This document shows, piece by piece, positions 49,896 through 60,713 of a DNA stretch of 64,000 nt; the first letter of the stretch is position 1, and each line of letters starts with the position of its first letter. The stretch is from Candidatus Latescibacterota bacterium (GTDB lineage Bacteria; Latescibacterota; UBA2968; GCA-2709665): contig CBDDDZ010000004.1 in assembly GCA_965226795.1 (NCBI GenBank), forward strand, positions 32,001 to 96,000, given 5' to 3'. The notes under the pieces were generated by a model. That model was not told the origin of the DNA. It ran no database searches and saw only the letters and a list, made by a program, of their open reading frames with translations. Position numbers and translations under genes: made by a program.

Positions 49896-50413
49896 TGCTG
49901 AGCTTGTCGAAGCAAGCTTGTAGACGTGCCCTGTCGAAGCAACCGCGTCTCCCCAGCCGTGATTTAGATTCTTCGCCGCCCCGAAACGTCCCCTATTCCC
50001 TTGCCCTTTTTCTTGCATCGCCCAAGAAAAAGGGCGAAAAAGAAGGGCGCCGCTCGGCGCGGGGCCGGTTTTTCCGTGAATTACCTCACGGGCACAATGG
50101 CAATTAGCTGCCCTACGAGCCCTTTGGATGTACCAATACGAATGATGCTGGACGGGTTTAACACGGAAAAACCCCCATCCCTACGACCGTGCGCTTGTTG
50201 GGACGAGACCTACCACCCTTCCTGAAGGAAGGGGGAACTCTCATTGGTTGAAGACATCTCGATGAGTTAAAATGTCCAAGTGAATTGTCTTGACGAGCCA
50301 TCGCGCGTTTTTTCTCCCCCTTTCCTTTAGGAGAGGGGGCCGGGCGGAGAGGTTACTGCGCTGACGTCAACTGATTGGTTTTTGATTCAAGCTGACGGCT
50401 GAAAGCTGATAGC
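49896..50413. repeat. Cluster of REP-like palindromes and short repeats
   Basis: TGCTGAGCTTGTCGAAGCA, a 13-bp stem GCCCTTTTTCTTG/CAAGAAAAAGGGC (50003-50035), CCCTTCC-TGAA-GGAAGGG, CCCCCTTTCC-TTTA-GGAGAGGGGG and a GCTGAnn heptamer run. Confidence 0.6.
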
Positions 50414-50450
50414 TTTTTTTCCTGCTTCTGGTCGGCCGAATTCAGGCAAC

Positions 50451-51560
50451 CTATTTCCGGGACAGAACACTGGCATAGTGATCCAGAACTGATTCCGGTA
50501 CGTCTCGGTTGAGCACACCGCAGGAAAACAGATATTGACTCAGATATTGCGCGGGGACGCCCAAATACGCCTTTTCACCGGTACTCAGGTTCTCCCGTTC
50601 TCTGAACCCGCCGCGCCGCTCGTCGAACATCCCCACCGTCCAGTCCAGATGGGTCCTGAATTCAGCGGTATTCGTAAACGCTTTGGAACCGGTATGATGG
50701 TCATACAGCGCCATAATCCCCGCCATGGAGGTTCGCGCACGGACATCGGCGTACCGATTTCCGTTCTCGGTATAGTAGGCCTCGATCACCTTGAAATACC
50801 TACGGTTGCCCTCGATGGAAGATCGCATCCGATCCGCGTACCGGTTTCCATGGATCTCGAAAAGCACCCACATCATGTCCAGATCCAGCGTGGGATGCGG
50901 AACGGTCTGCAGATCGACACCCTTGCTCACCTCGAAGCCCGCCTTCCAGAATCGCTCCTCCTCGTTCCAGACCTGCCCGTCCACCACGTACTCCGTCGCC
51001 GGGCCCACAAGGGCGCCTGCGTCAGGCCGCTCCTCGGCCCAGAGGTGAAGCGCAAAGAGCGGATAAGGATCGTGCCCGCTCAGTTTGGATGCGTTCGACT
51101 CGTCACGAAAGCCGGTTTCGGGTGTGAACACACCAACTATATAGTCCAGGCACCGCTCCGCCGTCGCACGGTGCGGCCCCGGATCCGCCAATTCGCCGAA
51201 AATCTTCACCACCGCCGCCACGACGCCGGTCGTAAAGACAGACCTCCTGTCACCCATGCAAAGGAGCGGCAACGCGCCATCCGGCAACTGGCACCGCCCG
51301 AACAGAGCGAGGCGACGATCCAGGCACCCGAGGTATCTGTCAAGTAGCGTCTGGTTCCTTCTGACCATGAACGCAGCCTGAAGAACCGTGAACATCCCCT
51401 TCGCGTCGTAAATCTCGTTGTAACCCGCCCGCGAACCGGGGGGCCGGAAGTCTCCCCTATCCGTCTGGTACGCGACCAGAAAATCCGCGGCCGCCATGAT
51501 CAGACGGTGATGTTTAAACGCGGCAAATCCCACTTTCCACGCCCATGTGCCAAGTCCCAC
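50451..51560 (-). CDS. Hypothetical protein, possible alpha/alpha-toroid fold (start uncertain)
   Basis: AADFLVAYQTDRGDF, QLPDG and FDERRGGF repeats resemble QW-type toroid motifs. Confidence 0.6.
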   Translation of the reverse strand: MGLGTWAWKVGFAAFKHHRLIMAAADFLVAYQTDRGDFRPPGSRAGYNEIYDAKGMFTVLQAAFMVRRNQTLLDRYLGCLDRRLALFGRCQLPDGALPLLCMGDRRSVFTTGVVAAVVKIFGELADPGPHRATAERCLDYIVGVFTPETGFRDESNASKLSGHDPYPLFALHLWAEERPDAGALVGPATEYVVDGQVWNEEERFWKAGFEVSKGVDLQTVPHPTLDLDMMWVLFEIHGNRYADRMRSSIEGNRRYFKVIEAYYTENGNRYADVRARTSMAGIMALYDHHTGSKAFTNTAEFRTHLDWTVGMFDERRGGFRERENLSTGEKAYLGVPAQYLSQYLFSCGVLNRDVPESVLDHYASVLSRK

Positions 51561-51601
51561 TCCGGGGCCCGCCTCGCGTGCCGCCCCGGCTATGGGTGGT
51601 T

Positions 51602-53416
51602 TCAGGCCAACATTGCCAGTTCCGCTTCCTGGTGGCGAGCCAGGGATATCACGACCGCCGAACACCGGCGCCCCTCCACTTCAAGCGTCTTGAGGGACTG
51701 TTCACGGCCATCCAGAAGCACGCTTGTGACCTCCACGGGTCCCTCGGCGATCATCGTCAACCCTTCGATCGGCTCAACGGCCCTGAGCCTTGCAACCGTC
51801 CGTTCCCGGGTGGCACTCAGCAGTTCAACCTTTAACGCGTCTCGCGCCTGCACGAAGCGTGACCACTCCTGCAGGCTGCCGGTTTCGATGCCCATCGCCG
51901 CCAGCGATGCGTAAACAATATTGGCCGCCTCGAACGTGCGGCGCGGATCGCCCTTGGGACGGATCAGATAACACGGGTGGAACGTACCGATATGGGGCAC
52001 GTGCCATCGATCGCGGGACTCCACGACCCAACGGACAGCCGCCTCCGCGTACTCAACCTGGTTGAGCCCCAGCGTACCGACGCCAGGCTCGGTAATGCTC
52101 TGCGAATCGTCGAACGTGCAGGGCTGAAGAAACAGATCCAGCAGCCCCGCCTCCGGGTCGAAATAGCGCATGGGAAGGGCAGATGCCAGCGAGAACGGCC
52201 CGAAGTCGTACCGGTTCATCCGCGGATCGTGCCCGCAGAAATGAAACGGCATCCGCCAGCCGTGGTCCACCAGAATCGAAGCGGTCCGGGCGCCCGTCCA
52301 CTGGCAACCGTGGATCACGATGTCGGTTACCGCGAGCCCCGTTTCATCGGTAAACCGCCGCGCCTGCGCCTCCATCTCTTCGCGTATGCGTTCGTGCACC
52401 CCGTCGCCCAGTTCTTTCAGAAGGCGGTTGTACGTGAGCGGGAAGATATCCACCTCGATCGACATGAAGTGGCCCCGCTCCTGCCACTCCCGGATCCGCT
52501 TCCCGTCGTACCGGCTCACCGGCGCCCGGAAGAAATTGTGCCTGTGCCCGTACTGCTCCGCCAGTTCCATCCCCACCGGAGCGCCCTCCTCCCCACACCC
52601 GTCCGACTTGAAAAATACCGCCACCCGCCGCGCATCGGGCATGTGCCAGACACGAGGCACAATGCCGCCGTCGTGCAGGTCCAGCAACAACTCACGAAAC
52701 AGGTCCTGGTGAATATCGGCCAGCGGGTGCTGCCGCGAGTGCCGCTCGGCGATCCCGATCAGCCCGAAGATATGCCTCGGGCCTCGCAATGGCAGCATTT
52801 GCGCCTGCTGCTCCAGCGCCCATGTGCCGTGCCTCAGCCGCAGAACCGCACCCACGACGTCGTAGGCCAACACACACGCCCGGCCCAGTGCTACGCGCTT
52901 TCGGACAATGGCCGGGCCACTGCGCTTACCGAGGTCGTCGATCAGCGCGGCCAGTTCTTCGCCCCGGCAACTGATACCGCCCGCCGTGTCCTGCGGGCAG
53001 TACAACGGCTCCGGCGGTTCCGTAAGTCCGGCAGCCGCATGGACAACCACCCGTCCATCCGTTACGACCTCCGGCTCGTCCGCCGGGGGCGCCACGGCCG
53101 CCGCCTTGTTGGTGTCCACTTTCTGGGTCGACACCACATCCCGACGCTCCACCCCCAGCCTGGCCGCCAGGTCCCCGCCCGGCATCACCGCAAGCAACCG
53201 CCCGCCGTCACGCAGGTAGTCGATAAGGATTCCGGCCGCGCGCTTTCCAAACGCCCCCCGAAGCGTCAGCACCACGGCCGCATGCTTCAGGCGAGACAGC
53301 TCCACCTCGTTCTGTGAGAGGATCTCGAAATGAAACAGACCTTCAGCCTTAAGGATCTCCGGCGCGAAATCGTGCTCGAGGTTGTCATCCGGCTTGACGA
53401 CAAGGATCGATTTCAT
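51602..53416 (-). CDS. Hypothetical protein, possible deacetylase-like barrel domain
   Basis: 604-aa ORF with FKSDG, IHGCQW and GTFHP motifs, co-oriented in the cluster. Confidence 0.6.
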   Translation of the reverse strand: MKSILVVKPDDNLEHDFAPEILKAEGLFHFEILSQNEVELSRLKHAAVVLTLRGAFGKRAAGILIDYLRDGGRLLAVMPGGDLAARLGVERRDVVSTQKVDTNKAAAVAPPADEPEVVTDGRVVVHAAAGLTEPPEPLYCPQDTAGGISCRGEELAALIDDLGKRSGPAIVRKRVALGRACVLAYDVVGAVLRLRHGTWALEQQAQMLPLRGPRHIFGLIGIAERHSRQHPLADIHQDLFRELLLDLHDGGIVPRVWHMPDARRVAVFFKSDGCGEEGAPVGMELAEQYGHRHNFFRAPVSRYDGKRIREWQERGHFMSIEVDIFPLTYNRLLKELGDGVHERIREEMEAQARRFTDETGLAVTDIVIHGCQWTGARTASILVDHGWRMPFHFCGHDPRMNRYDFGPFSLASALPMRYFDPEAGLLDLFLQPCTFDDSQSITEPGVGTLGLNQVEYAEAAVRWVVESRDRWHVPHIGTFHPCYLIRPKGDPRRTFEAANIVYASLAAMGIETGSLQEWSRFVQARDALKVELLSATRERTVARLRAVEPIEGLTMIAEGPVEVTSVLLDGREQSLKTLEVEGRRCSAVVISLARHQEAELAMLA

Positions 53417-53537
53417 GTGCTCTTTCCGGTACGTGGAGGCGAAACGGATATCGGTTCAGGTCCCGGCAGATTGGAAGTGTCTTCGATTCTTCCCGATCCG
53501 ACTCGAACAAGACTTAGAAATACGACAAATAGCGTCC

Positions 53538-54533
53538 TCAAGCCAGCGCAACCTCCCGATTCTCCGCGGCGGACTGATAGATCGCGTCCAGAAGCGCATT
53601 GGTCTTCGCCGCCTCGGCAAGCGGGCAGACCGGCTCTCGGCCCTCACGTACCGCCCCAACGAAATCCTGGACGACCGGGCCGTGTACGTTGTCGGCTGGC
53701 GTCAGGTCCAGCGTATCGACCTGCCGGCCTACCGTTTTGACGACTTCGCCCGAATCGTAAGGATGCCAGTAAACCTTGGCCTCTGTCCCCACGATCTCAA
53801 ACTCGTGCCGCCATGTTTTTGAACTCCAGCTGAACGATGCCGTGGCCAACGCCCCGTTGTCCAGCTTCATTACAATGCTCGCGCAGTCCTCCACATCCCA
53901 CTTCTGCACCAGGTTCTCACACCTGGCGTACACGGAAACCGGCATCCCCAAAAGCCCGATCATCACGTCGAACATGTGTGTGCCCATATCGCTGACGGGG
54001 CCGCCTCCGGACCTCTCGCGGAAAACACGCCAGCGTTTCGGATCGTCCGCCGCGGGGCTGAACCAGGAAAAGTAGACGATACGCACGAGGACGACCTGGC
54101 CGAATTCGCCGTTCCGAATCATCTCCTGCGCCTGGCGGTAGGCGGGAAAAAGCCGCCGGAAATACGAACATCCGGCCACCTTCGTGCTTCTCCCGGCCGC
54201 TGCAATGGCTCGCGCACACTCCTCCCCTGTCACGCCCAGGGGCTTTTCCACCAGCACGTGCTTATCCGCCTCCAGGGCCTGGACCGCATGTTGCACGTGC
54301 AGCCACACGGGCGTCGCCACGTAGACCGCATTCGCCGACGTTTTCTCCAGCGCTTCGTCCAGATCGGCGAAAACCTCGGACAGGTGGTATTCAGTCGCCA
54401 GCGCCCGGGCATTCTCCTGGACCATATCGCAGACCGCCACCAATTCCGAATCCGTGGCGCCTGCCAGTGCCGCGGCCACCCGCTTTCGGGCGATATCCCC
54501 GGCGCCGACCAGGAGCCATTTCACGTTATCCAT
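53538..54533 (-). CDS. Gfo/Idh/MocA family oxidoreductase
   Basis: LVGAGDIA, VYVATP..LH, HVLVEKP, GGGPVSDMGTH. Confidence 0.93.
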   Translation of the reverse strand: MDNVKWLLVGAGDIARKRVAAALAGATDSELVAVCDMVQENARALATEYHLSEVFADLDEALEKTSANAVYVATPVWLHVQHAVQALEADKHVLVEKPLGVTGEECARAIAAAGRSTKVAGCSYFRRLFPAYRQAQEMIRNGEFGQVVLVRIVYFSWFSPAADDPKRWRVFRERSGGGPVSDMGTHMFDVMIGLLGMPVSVYARCENLVQKWDVEDCASIVMKLDNGALATASFSWSSKTWRHEFEIVGTEAKVYWHPYDSGEVVKTVGRQVDTLDLTPADNVHGPVVQDFVGAVREGREPVCPLAEAAKTNALLDAIYQSAAENREVALA

Positions 54534-54617
54534 CTTCCCTCCTGAGCAACAAATCAGGGCGCCCCGGGAACGTTTACCGCCACGAGGGCAACCCTTGCAT
54601 TCTGTTTGAATTCCCCG

Positions 54618-55769
54618 TTAGCGCAGATCCGAAATCGTCTGCTTGATCGACCACGCAATATAAACCAGTTCCTCGTCGGTCGAGCCCGGGAACACCGGCG
54701 TACTCACGACCTGTTCACATGCCCTGGCCGCGATCGGACAACCTTCACCGTTGTACCCCAGTTCCTGAAGGGCTTCCCAGGACCACAGCGGCGGGTAGTG
54801 CTTTGCCGTGGCCACCCGGTATCGATCCTTCAGGTGAGCGACGAACGCCTCCGTGGCGAACCCCGCCGCATCGGTGTCCAGCCGAATCACGTGCAGGTGG
54901 CTTCCGTGATCGGGGCCGTGACCGGCGGGAAGGATGACCTCCTCCACGTCGGCCAACAACGCATTGAGACGGAGCATCCGTTTCCGTCGATCCTGAATCA
55001 CACGGTCTATTTTGGCCAACTGGGTAAGTCCGACCGCATATTGGGGTTTGGTCATCCGGTAATTGAACCCAACCCGCACCACCCGTGTCCCGCTTCCTCC
55101 ATATACGTATCCGAATGTCTTCAGCTGCCGGACCTGCTCCGCGAATTCCTCGTCATCCGTTGTCACGGCGCCCCCCTCGCCGAGGCACGTCATGTTCTTG
55201 TTGCTCTGAAAACTGTAACACGAGGCCTTTCCCCGGCCGCCAACCGGGCTACCCTGGTACCTGGTGCCCACTGCATGCGCCGCATCGTAAATCACGGGAA
55301 CGCCCGTTTCCACCGAAATCAGGTCAAATGCGTCCACGTCGCAGGCGAGTCCGGCGAAGTGCACCGGAATGATCGCGCGTGTGCGCTCCGTGATTTTTTC
55401 TCTTGCCTTCTGAGGATCCAGATTCAGACTCACCGGATCGATATCGGCAAGGACGACCCTGGCACCCCTGGCAATCGCGGTCCCGGCCGTGCAGACAAAG
55501 GTGAGAGGTGTCGTGATCACCTCGTCTCCCTCACCGATGCCCAGCGCCATCATGCAGCAGTCCAGGCCAGTACCGCAGGAATTGACCGCAATCGCTTTTC
55601 GGGCGCCCTCGTGCGCGGCGAACGCATTCTGAAAATCGTTCTCTTCGGGAAGCGGAAAAAACGTCCCGTCCTCCTCGGCGATATCCACGAGCAACCGGCT
55701 GACCGCCTCCACGTCGTCCTGCTCGTAAACCCCTCCCATCGACCCGAAGGGCACCTCTCGAATATCCAT
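54618..55769 (-). CDS. DegT/DnrJ/EryC1/StrS aminotransferase
   Basis: VNSCGTGL, PVHFAG, IYDAAHA, YSFQSNKNMTCLGEGG, GFNYRM. Confidence 0.93.
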   Translation of the reverse strand: MDIREVPFGSMGGVYEQDDVEAVSRLLVDIAEEDGTFFPLPEENDFQNAFAAHEGARKAIAVNSCGTGLDCCMMALGIGEGDEVITTPLTFVCTAGTAIARGARVVLADIDPVSLNLDPQKAREKITERTRAIIPVHFAGLACDVDAFDLISVETGVPVIYDAAHAVGTRYQGSPVGGRGKASCYSFQSNKNMTCLGEGGAVTTDDEEFAEQVRQLKTFGYVYGGSGTRVVRVGFNYRMTKPQYAVGLTQLAKIDRVIQDRRKRMLRLNALLADVEEVILPAGHGPDHGSHLHVIRLDTDAAGFATEAFVAHLKDRYRVATAKHYPPLWSWEALQELGYNGEGCPIAARACEQVVSTPVFPGSTDEELVYIAWSIKQTISDLR

Positions 55770-55965
55770 AGATTCGGGCGCAGGAACCCCCTGAAAGCGG
55801 AAGAATAATGCGCCCTGCCTCCTTTCTGAATCGTCAAAATCGCACAGATTTCCCCGTGCTTCAGCGGCGACAATCCGCGTTCTTCAAGTTAATACCCGGT
55901 CACCTCGTGTCAAGCGCAAAGACGCCTGACGACCGCTTCGGAGAGGGGCCGGTCGACCCGGACGA

Positions 55966-57945
55966 TCAATACCACTTGTGGACGACATGCCCCCGATTCG
56001 GAAACCAGATCGCGTCCACCAGCATCCCCGCCATCACGGCGATGATGTACCCGACCAGCATGCCCAGGAAAAAGGGCATCGACCGCCGGTAGAACGCCAC
56101 CCCTCCCGCCCTGAGCATGATCAGCTTCGCCAGCCACGCCACCAGGAGCGTAGACCCCATGCGCCGTGCCGCCGGGAGGCCGGACAGCGCAAACCCGATC
56201 GGGTGAACCGGCCACCTGGCGAACCGGTAGCGCATCAGATTCACTATCACCATCGTTCCGGCGCCGATCAGCAGAAACCAGTAGTCAATCGCCTCCATCC
56301 TCGCCGGGTTCAGTATCTCGTTTACCGTCATCCCGTACTGCCATTCGCCTTCGTAGATGATCAGCCAGTTGGGTTGAAAATTGTACGCGCCCATATGGTA
56401 TCCCAGCCAGATCGTGTACAACGTGGAACTGACCACTCCCACGACAAATGCCGCGAACACTCCCCAGAAGAGTCGGCGCTTGTCCCTTCCGACGAAATCG
56501 CCCAGGCGATTGATCTGCGCGACCAGCGGCATGATAAAGCTCCTCGGGTGGCTGATTGTGAATGACAGCAGGCCGAAGGTTGCGCGCGTGGAGGCATTCA
56601 GAGTCTTTGCGCCACCCACCAGCGCACCCGAAAGTTCCCAGGCGGAAGCGGGCGGCTGGATATAGATGATTCCCGAATCGGCCACAACCTTGGCCACGAA
56701 GAGATAGGCAATGAACATAGTGGGAATCAGCAGCGCGACCATCCGGGCCTCCACCCCAACCCGCCCGAGAAATGCCGCGATGTATACGCAACTGGCCAGC
56801 AGGCCGATCAGCGCGGCGCGGTAGGAGAGCAACTCCCGCCCGTCGTCCACGGAGGACCGGTCGGGGTGAAGCGCCTTTTGCAGGACCTGTTGAAGGTGCC
56901 GCCGGGAGATCCAGAGCCACCAGAGGACAAGAGATACAAAGGCTCCGGCCGTCTGCCACTTGTAGGTCGTTGTGGTATAGGGGCCGGCGCCGTAGTGGGG
57001 GGACGTGGCGGAGATCCCGATGCGATTCAACGCGCCCGCTTCGATCATGTACACGAAATCGAAGAACCAGATGCTGAAGAGCACATCGAGGCTGGCGAAA
57101 TAGGAAAAGCAGATGACGGGCGTGCTCAGAAAGATGAAAAAGGGCGGATATTCTTTGGGAAGGAGATCCCAGATAAAGCGTCCGGTTGCCGTGGGAAAGC
57201 TGGGGACCATCGGGTAGAACCAGGCGATCATATTCCACCAGAAGACGATTGACGTCAGCGCGAATCCCGCCCAGAACACCTTGCCCTTCATAAACTCCGG
57301 CAGCCACCTCCTCCCGGTCCCCGCCCGCGATGTCATTTCCAGTACCGGAGCCAGCGCCGGATACACCAGTCTTTCATGGTCCGCCCACTGGCGGTGCAGG
57401 AGAACCGAAAGACAGATACAGGCGAAACCCAGAACAAAAACAAAAGAGAGCCACCAGATCAGCGGCAGGCCCCAGACATCCCATGGGACGGATGTCCGAC
57501 CCGGCAGCCCCTCATAGAACCAGGACATCGCCCTGTTATCGTTCGTGGGGATCAGCCACCCTGGCAGGTGCGGATGGAGATATTCCGCCCAGCGATTCTC
57601 CGGCGTCGCGAAATAATACGGGGAAGCCATCATACCCACCAGGTACCCGCTGACCCCGTAATTGGGCCCGATGGCGCTGATGACCCCCATGCTGAAAACC
57701 GTGATCCATTCCGATGGCGCCAATACGAAGGCAGCCCCGAACCTCCTGGCAAGGACGGCGCAAGCCAGAATCGAAACCAGGCAAAGCAGCAGCACGCCCA
57801 TGGGAATCTGGGCGACCATCATGTACGACCCTTTCTGAATATAGCGGGCCGTACACGCCAGCAGGCTCATGGCCATCGCGATACACAATCCGATCACGAT
57901 CGACCGAAGCGTCACCCGCCCTTCCGGCTGTGTCCCGTCGTTCAC
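55966..57945 (-). CDS. DUF6785/DUF6784-type polytopic membrane protein (putative transporter)
   Basis: YYFATPENRW, RQWADHERLVYPAL, MRYRFARWPVHPIGF, YRRSMPFFLG and many TM helices. Confidence 0.82.
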   Translation of the reverse strand: MNDGTQPEGRVTLRSIVIGLCIAMAMSLLACTARYIQKGSYMMVAQIPMGVLLLCLVSILACAVLARRFGAAFVLAPSEWITVFSMGVISAIGPNYGVSGYLVGMMASPYYFATPENRWAEYLHPHLPGWLIPTNDNRAMSWFYEGLPGRTSVPWDVWGLPLIWWLSFVFVLGFACICLSVLLHRQWADHERLVYPALAPVLEMTSRAGTGRRWLPEFMKGKVFWAGFALTSIVFWWNMIAWFYPMVPSFPTATGRFIWDLLPKEYPPFFIFLSTPVICFSYFASLDVLFSIWFFDFVYMIEAGALNRIGISATSPHYGAGPYTTTTYKWQTAGAFVSLVLWWLWISRRHLQQVLQKALHPDRSSVDDGRELLSYRAALIGLLASCVYIAAFLGRVGVEARMVALLIPTMFIAYLFVAKVVADSGIIYIQPPASAWELSGALVGGAKTLNASTRATFGLLSFTISHPRSFIMPLVAQINRLGDFVGRDKRRLFWGVFAAFVVGVVSSTLYTIWLGYHMGAYNFQPNWLIIYEGEWQYGMTVNEILNPARMEAIDYWFLLIGAGTMVIVNLMRYRFARWPVHPIGFALSGLPAARRMGSTLLVAWLAKLIMLRAGGVAFYRRSMPFFLGMLVGYIIAVMAGMLVDAIWFPNRGHVVHKWY

Positions 57946-57990
57946 GATTCGCCGACTCTTTAACGTCCTTCGCGGGATGCCCGGGTCCTG

Positions 57991-59329
57991 TCAGTCACCG
58001 GACACGGGCGCGAACGGATTGATCCACACAACGGCCCTGGTCCCCCAGTCGGTGGACATCACATCATCGTAACCGTCACCGTCGAGGTCCGCCATCCGGA
58101 CGATATTCGGCCAGTTGAGGCCCGCGCCGTCACCGAGGCGGGTGGCCTCCCACAGGGTTCCGTCTCCCCTGACGTTCCGGAACACGTAGACCCCCTCCCC
58201 GCCATCGGAAGGCACCACGATATCCAGCCGCCCGTCCCGGTCCACGTCGCCTGTGTCGAAGGAATAGGCGTGACCCAGGCCGCCCGCGATCTCATGAAAT
58301 TTCCATCCCTTCCGCGGCCCGATCTGCTCTCGCCAGGCCAAATATCCGTTTCTGAGGCTGGTCTCAACGCAATCGAGGTCGCCATCCGCGTCCAGGTCCG
58401 CGAATCGCACGTGGACCTGGGAAACAGGTTTGTCGGAAAAGCGGGCGACCCATTTACGCACCGAATCGGGTGATTCCACGCGGATCGAATCACGCTTCCA
58501 TTCAATCCCGTTTCCATCGGCATTGATCAGCAGGAACGGCCTGGACGCATGCTCGGAGGCGCAGACAAGGTCCATGTCTCCGTCCTTGTCCACGTCCCCA
58601 GCGTCCACGCCGATCAAGGGGGGGCATATCGACGCGAATCGGCACTTCCTCCCAGGAGGCCGATCCGTGGGCATTTTGACGAAACCACCCCACTTTGTCG
58701 CCTGATTCCGATATCGAGGTGACCACGATATCGTCGAGATCGTCTCCGTCGATGTCCGCAACCACGGCCCTTACCGGAAGCTCCAGCGCTTTGGACCGGA
58801 GGCTGAGCTTTCTCCAATTGCCGCCGTCCGAAGTCTCGTATATGACCGTCTCGCCCGACAGATAGCCGGGGATCACAACGGCCGTTCTGCCACTGGCGGT
58901 GCGACGTACCACAACGGCGTCCTTCGGCGTGACCTGCCGGTCGTCCAGCAGGTGGATACGAAATACCAATTCTGCGTCCGGCCGCGGGGTTACATTCTCC
59001 AGCCAGTAGACCCTGCCGTATTCACCATCCTCGCCCGGGATCTTTTCCCCGCCCGACTGAAAGGCGACCACGAGGTCCAGGTCGGCATCCCCGTCGAAGT
59101 CGGCCGCGTGGATGCCGTAGGAATTGGTCCCGGAAAGCGTTCCGCTTTCGGCTTCCCGGAGGTCGATAACCCGCCAACTCGCGGCCGCATCGGCACCCAC
59201 TCCCCGGATGTTGGGACTGAATGCCAATATTTCCGGAGGTACCTGGGCTGCGGCGGGATTGGCGAAAGCGCAAGCAACCGCCCCGACCAATCCCACGCAA
59301 AAGGCCCGTAAGTCGAAGTACGACATCAT
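57991..59329 (-). pseudogene. Secreted FG-GAP/VCBS repeat protein with a 1-nt frameshift in the G7 run at 58618-58624
   Basis: ORFs 58502..59710 and 57991..58761 join on removing one base (DMPPLIGVDAGDVDKDGDMDL). Multiple DxDGDxDxD repeats and a signal peptide. Confidence 0.82.
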
Positions 59330-60546
59330 CGCTTCCCGGGCATCTTTGTCTTGTGGATGCGCCCGCCGATGCCGCCCAGATCCGCCGGCATCTGTCCGGA
59401 AGGCCGATCCGCGCCGGGCCGGAAGTCCGGAACCCTCACGACCCTGCTGCATTCCTCGATCGAATCCACGGCCAGCACCGCCGGGGCCATCGAATCCATG
59501 ACCCTGTACACGTCGTACGCCAGTGCCTCGCCCTTCAGGATCGCGTCGCGAAAATACATATGTACATAGTAGTCGGCATCGCCGTGCCCGCTCCCCAGCG
59601 CCTCCGGGGGCGCGTCGGTCCGACGGTACTGCCAGTCGACTTCCATCCAATCGTTCATCTGTGTGTCCGCCAGCCACAATTTCGGCTTCTCTTTTCCGGA
59701 GCGACGCCATTCAACACTTCCCTTCGTCCCGATCATCTGCCACCAGTGGTGGTCTCCGCTCGGCCTGGGCTGGTTGAACCCGTTCAGCATCCGGATCAGC
59801 GTATCTTTCTCCGTCTTCATCAGCGCCACCTGGATATCGGCGTTCAGCATTTCCGGCGTCGTATAGCTCGGTGGCGTGGTGCTCATTGCCGTCACCTCGA
59901 TCACGCGGTCGTCGAGGATCTTCAACAGGATACTCAGGTCGTACGAAGCCGAGATAATGTAGGGCAGATAATGCGGGCTTGCGGGTTCGGCCTTCGGGTG
60001 GTCGGAAAGCGCCTCAACCGGATACTGCTTGCCCGTGTTGAAATCCTGAAACCACTGATGGGTGCCGTAGTAACCCAGATACTGACCCTCGGCGTAGGTG
60101 ATCCTTCCCAGCATCCCGTCGTCGACCAGTGTCTTCCAACCGTCCACGAACCCCCAGAACCGCGTCTGCTCCGCCAGGCTGTAGACCAGCCCTGTACGCT
60201 CCACGTTCGTTACGATACGCCAGCACTCCTCCATCGTATAGGCCGCCGGCACCTCGCTGTTGACGTGCTTACCCGCCTCCAGCGCCTCGGCGGCCATGGT
60301 TCCCTGCTCCAGTTGCCTCACCACCAGCCCCACCGCGTCCATGCCCTCGTACGCCAGAAAATCGTAATAGTTACCGAATACCCTGACGTCTTCCCGATAG
60401 GCGATCTCGGCCAGGGCCCGCTCCTGCAGCGGCTCGATCCAGTCGTAGATCGCCGTAATCCGGTAGCCCGGTACTTTCTGCAGCAGCCGGATCCAGTGCA
60501 GCCCGCGGAGGCCCAGTCCGGCAACTCCGATTCTGATCTCATCCAT
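59326..60546 (-). CDS. Gfo/Idh/MocA family oxidoreductase
   Basis: IRIGVAGLGLRG, ALEAGKHVNSEVPA, GSGHGDADY. Confidence 0.9.
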   Translation of the reverse strand: MDEIRIGVAGLGLRGLHWIRLLQKVPGYRITAIYDWIEPLQERALAEIAYREDVRVFGNYYDFLAYEGMDAVGLVVRQLEQGTMAAEALEAGKHVNSEVPAAYTMEECWRIVTNVERTGLVYSLAEQTRFWGFVDGWKTLVDDGMLGRITYAEGQYLGYYGTHQWFQDFNTGKQYPVEALSDHPKAEPASPHYLPYIISASYDLSILLKILDDRVIEVTAMSTTPPSYTTPEMLNADIQVALMKTEKDTLIRMLNGFNQPRPSGDHHWWQMIGTKGSVEWRRSGKEKPKLWLADTQMNDWMEVDWQYRRTDAPPEALGSGHGDADYYVHMYFRDAILKGEALAYDVYRVMDSMAPAVLAVDSIEECSRVVRVPDFRPGADRPSGQMPADLGGIGGRIHKTKMPGKR

Positions 60547-60713
60547 GGATTCCTCCATTGGTTTTGAGGTTACCGCCCGTTCAAGTGTGCAAATTTCGAA
60601 AGACTACAGACACGCTCCGCTTCCATCGTCAGATATCGCGGGAGCAAGATGAATTCGTCTCCGGCCTCCGTCCAGTTGGCCCTCTGGCCGCAATGACCAT
60701 CGCCGCTTTCTCG

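Noticed and set aside
58502..59710. 402-aa ORF as a complete gene
   Set aside because: Its first 127 codons overlap the oxidoreductase gene. The real start is 59329 and the gene continues past a frameshift.
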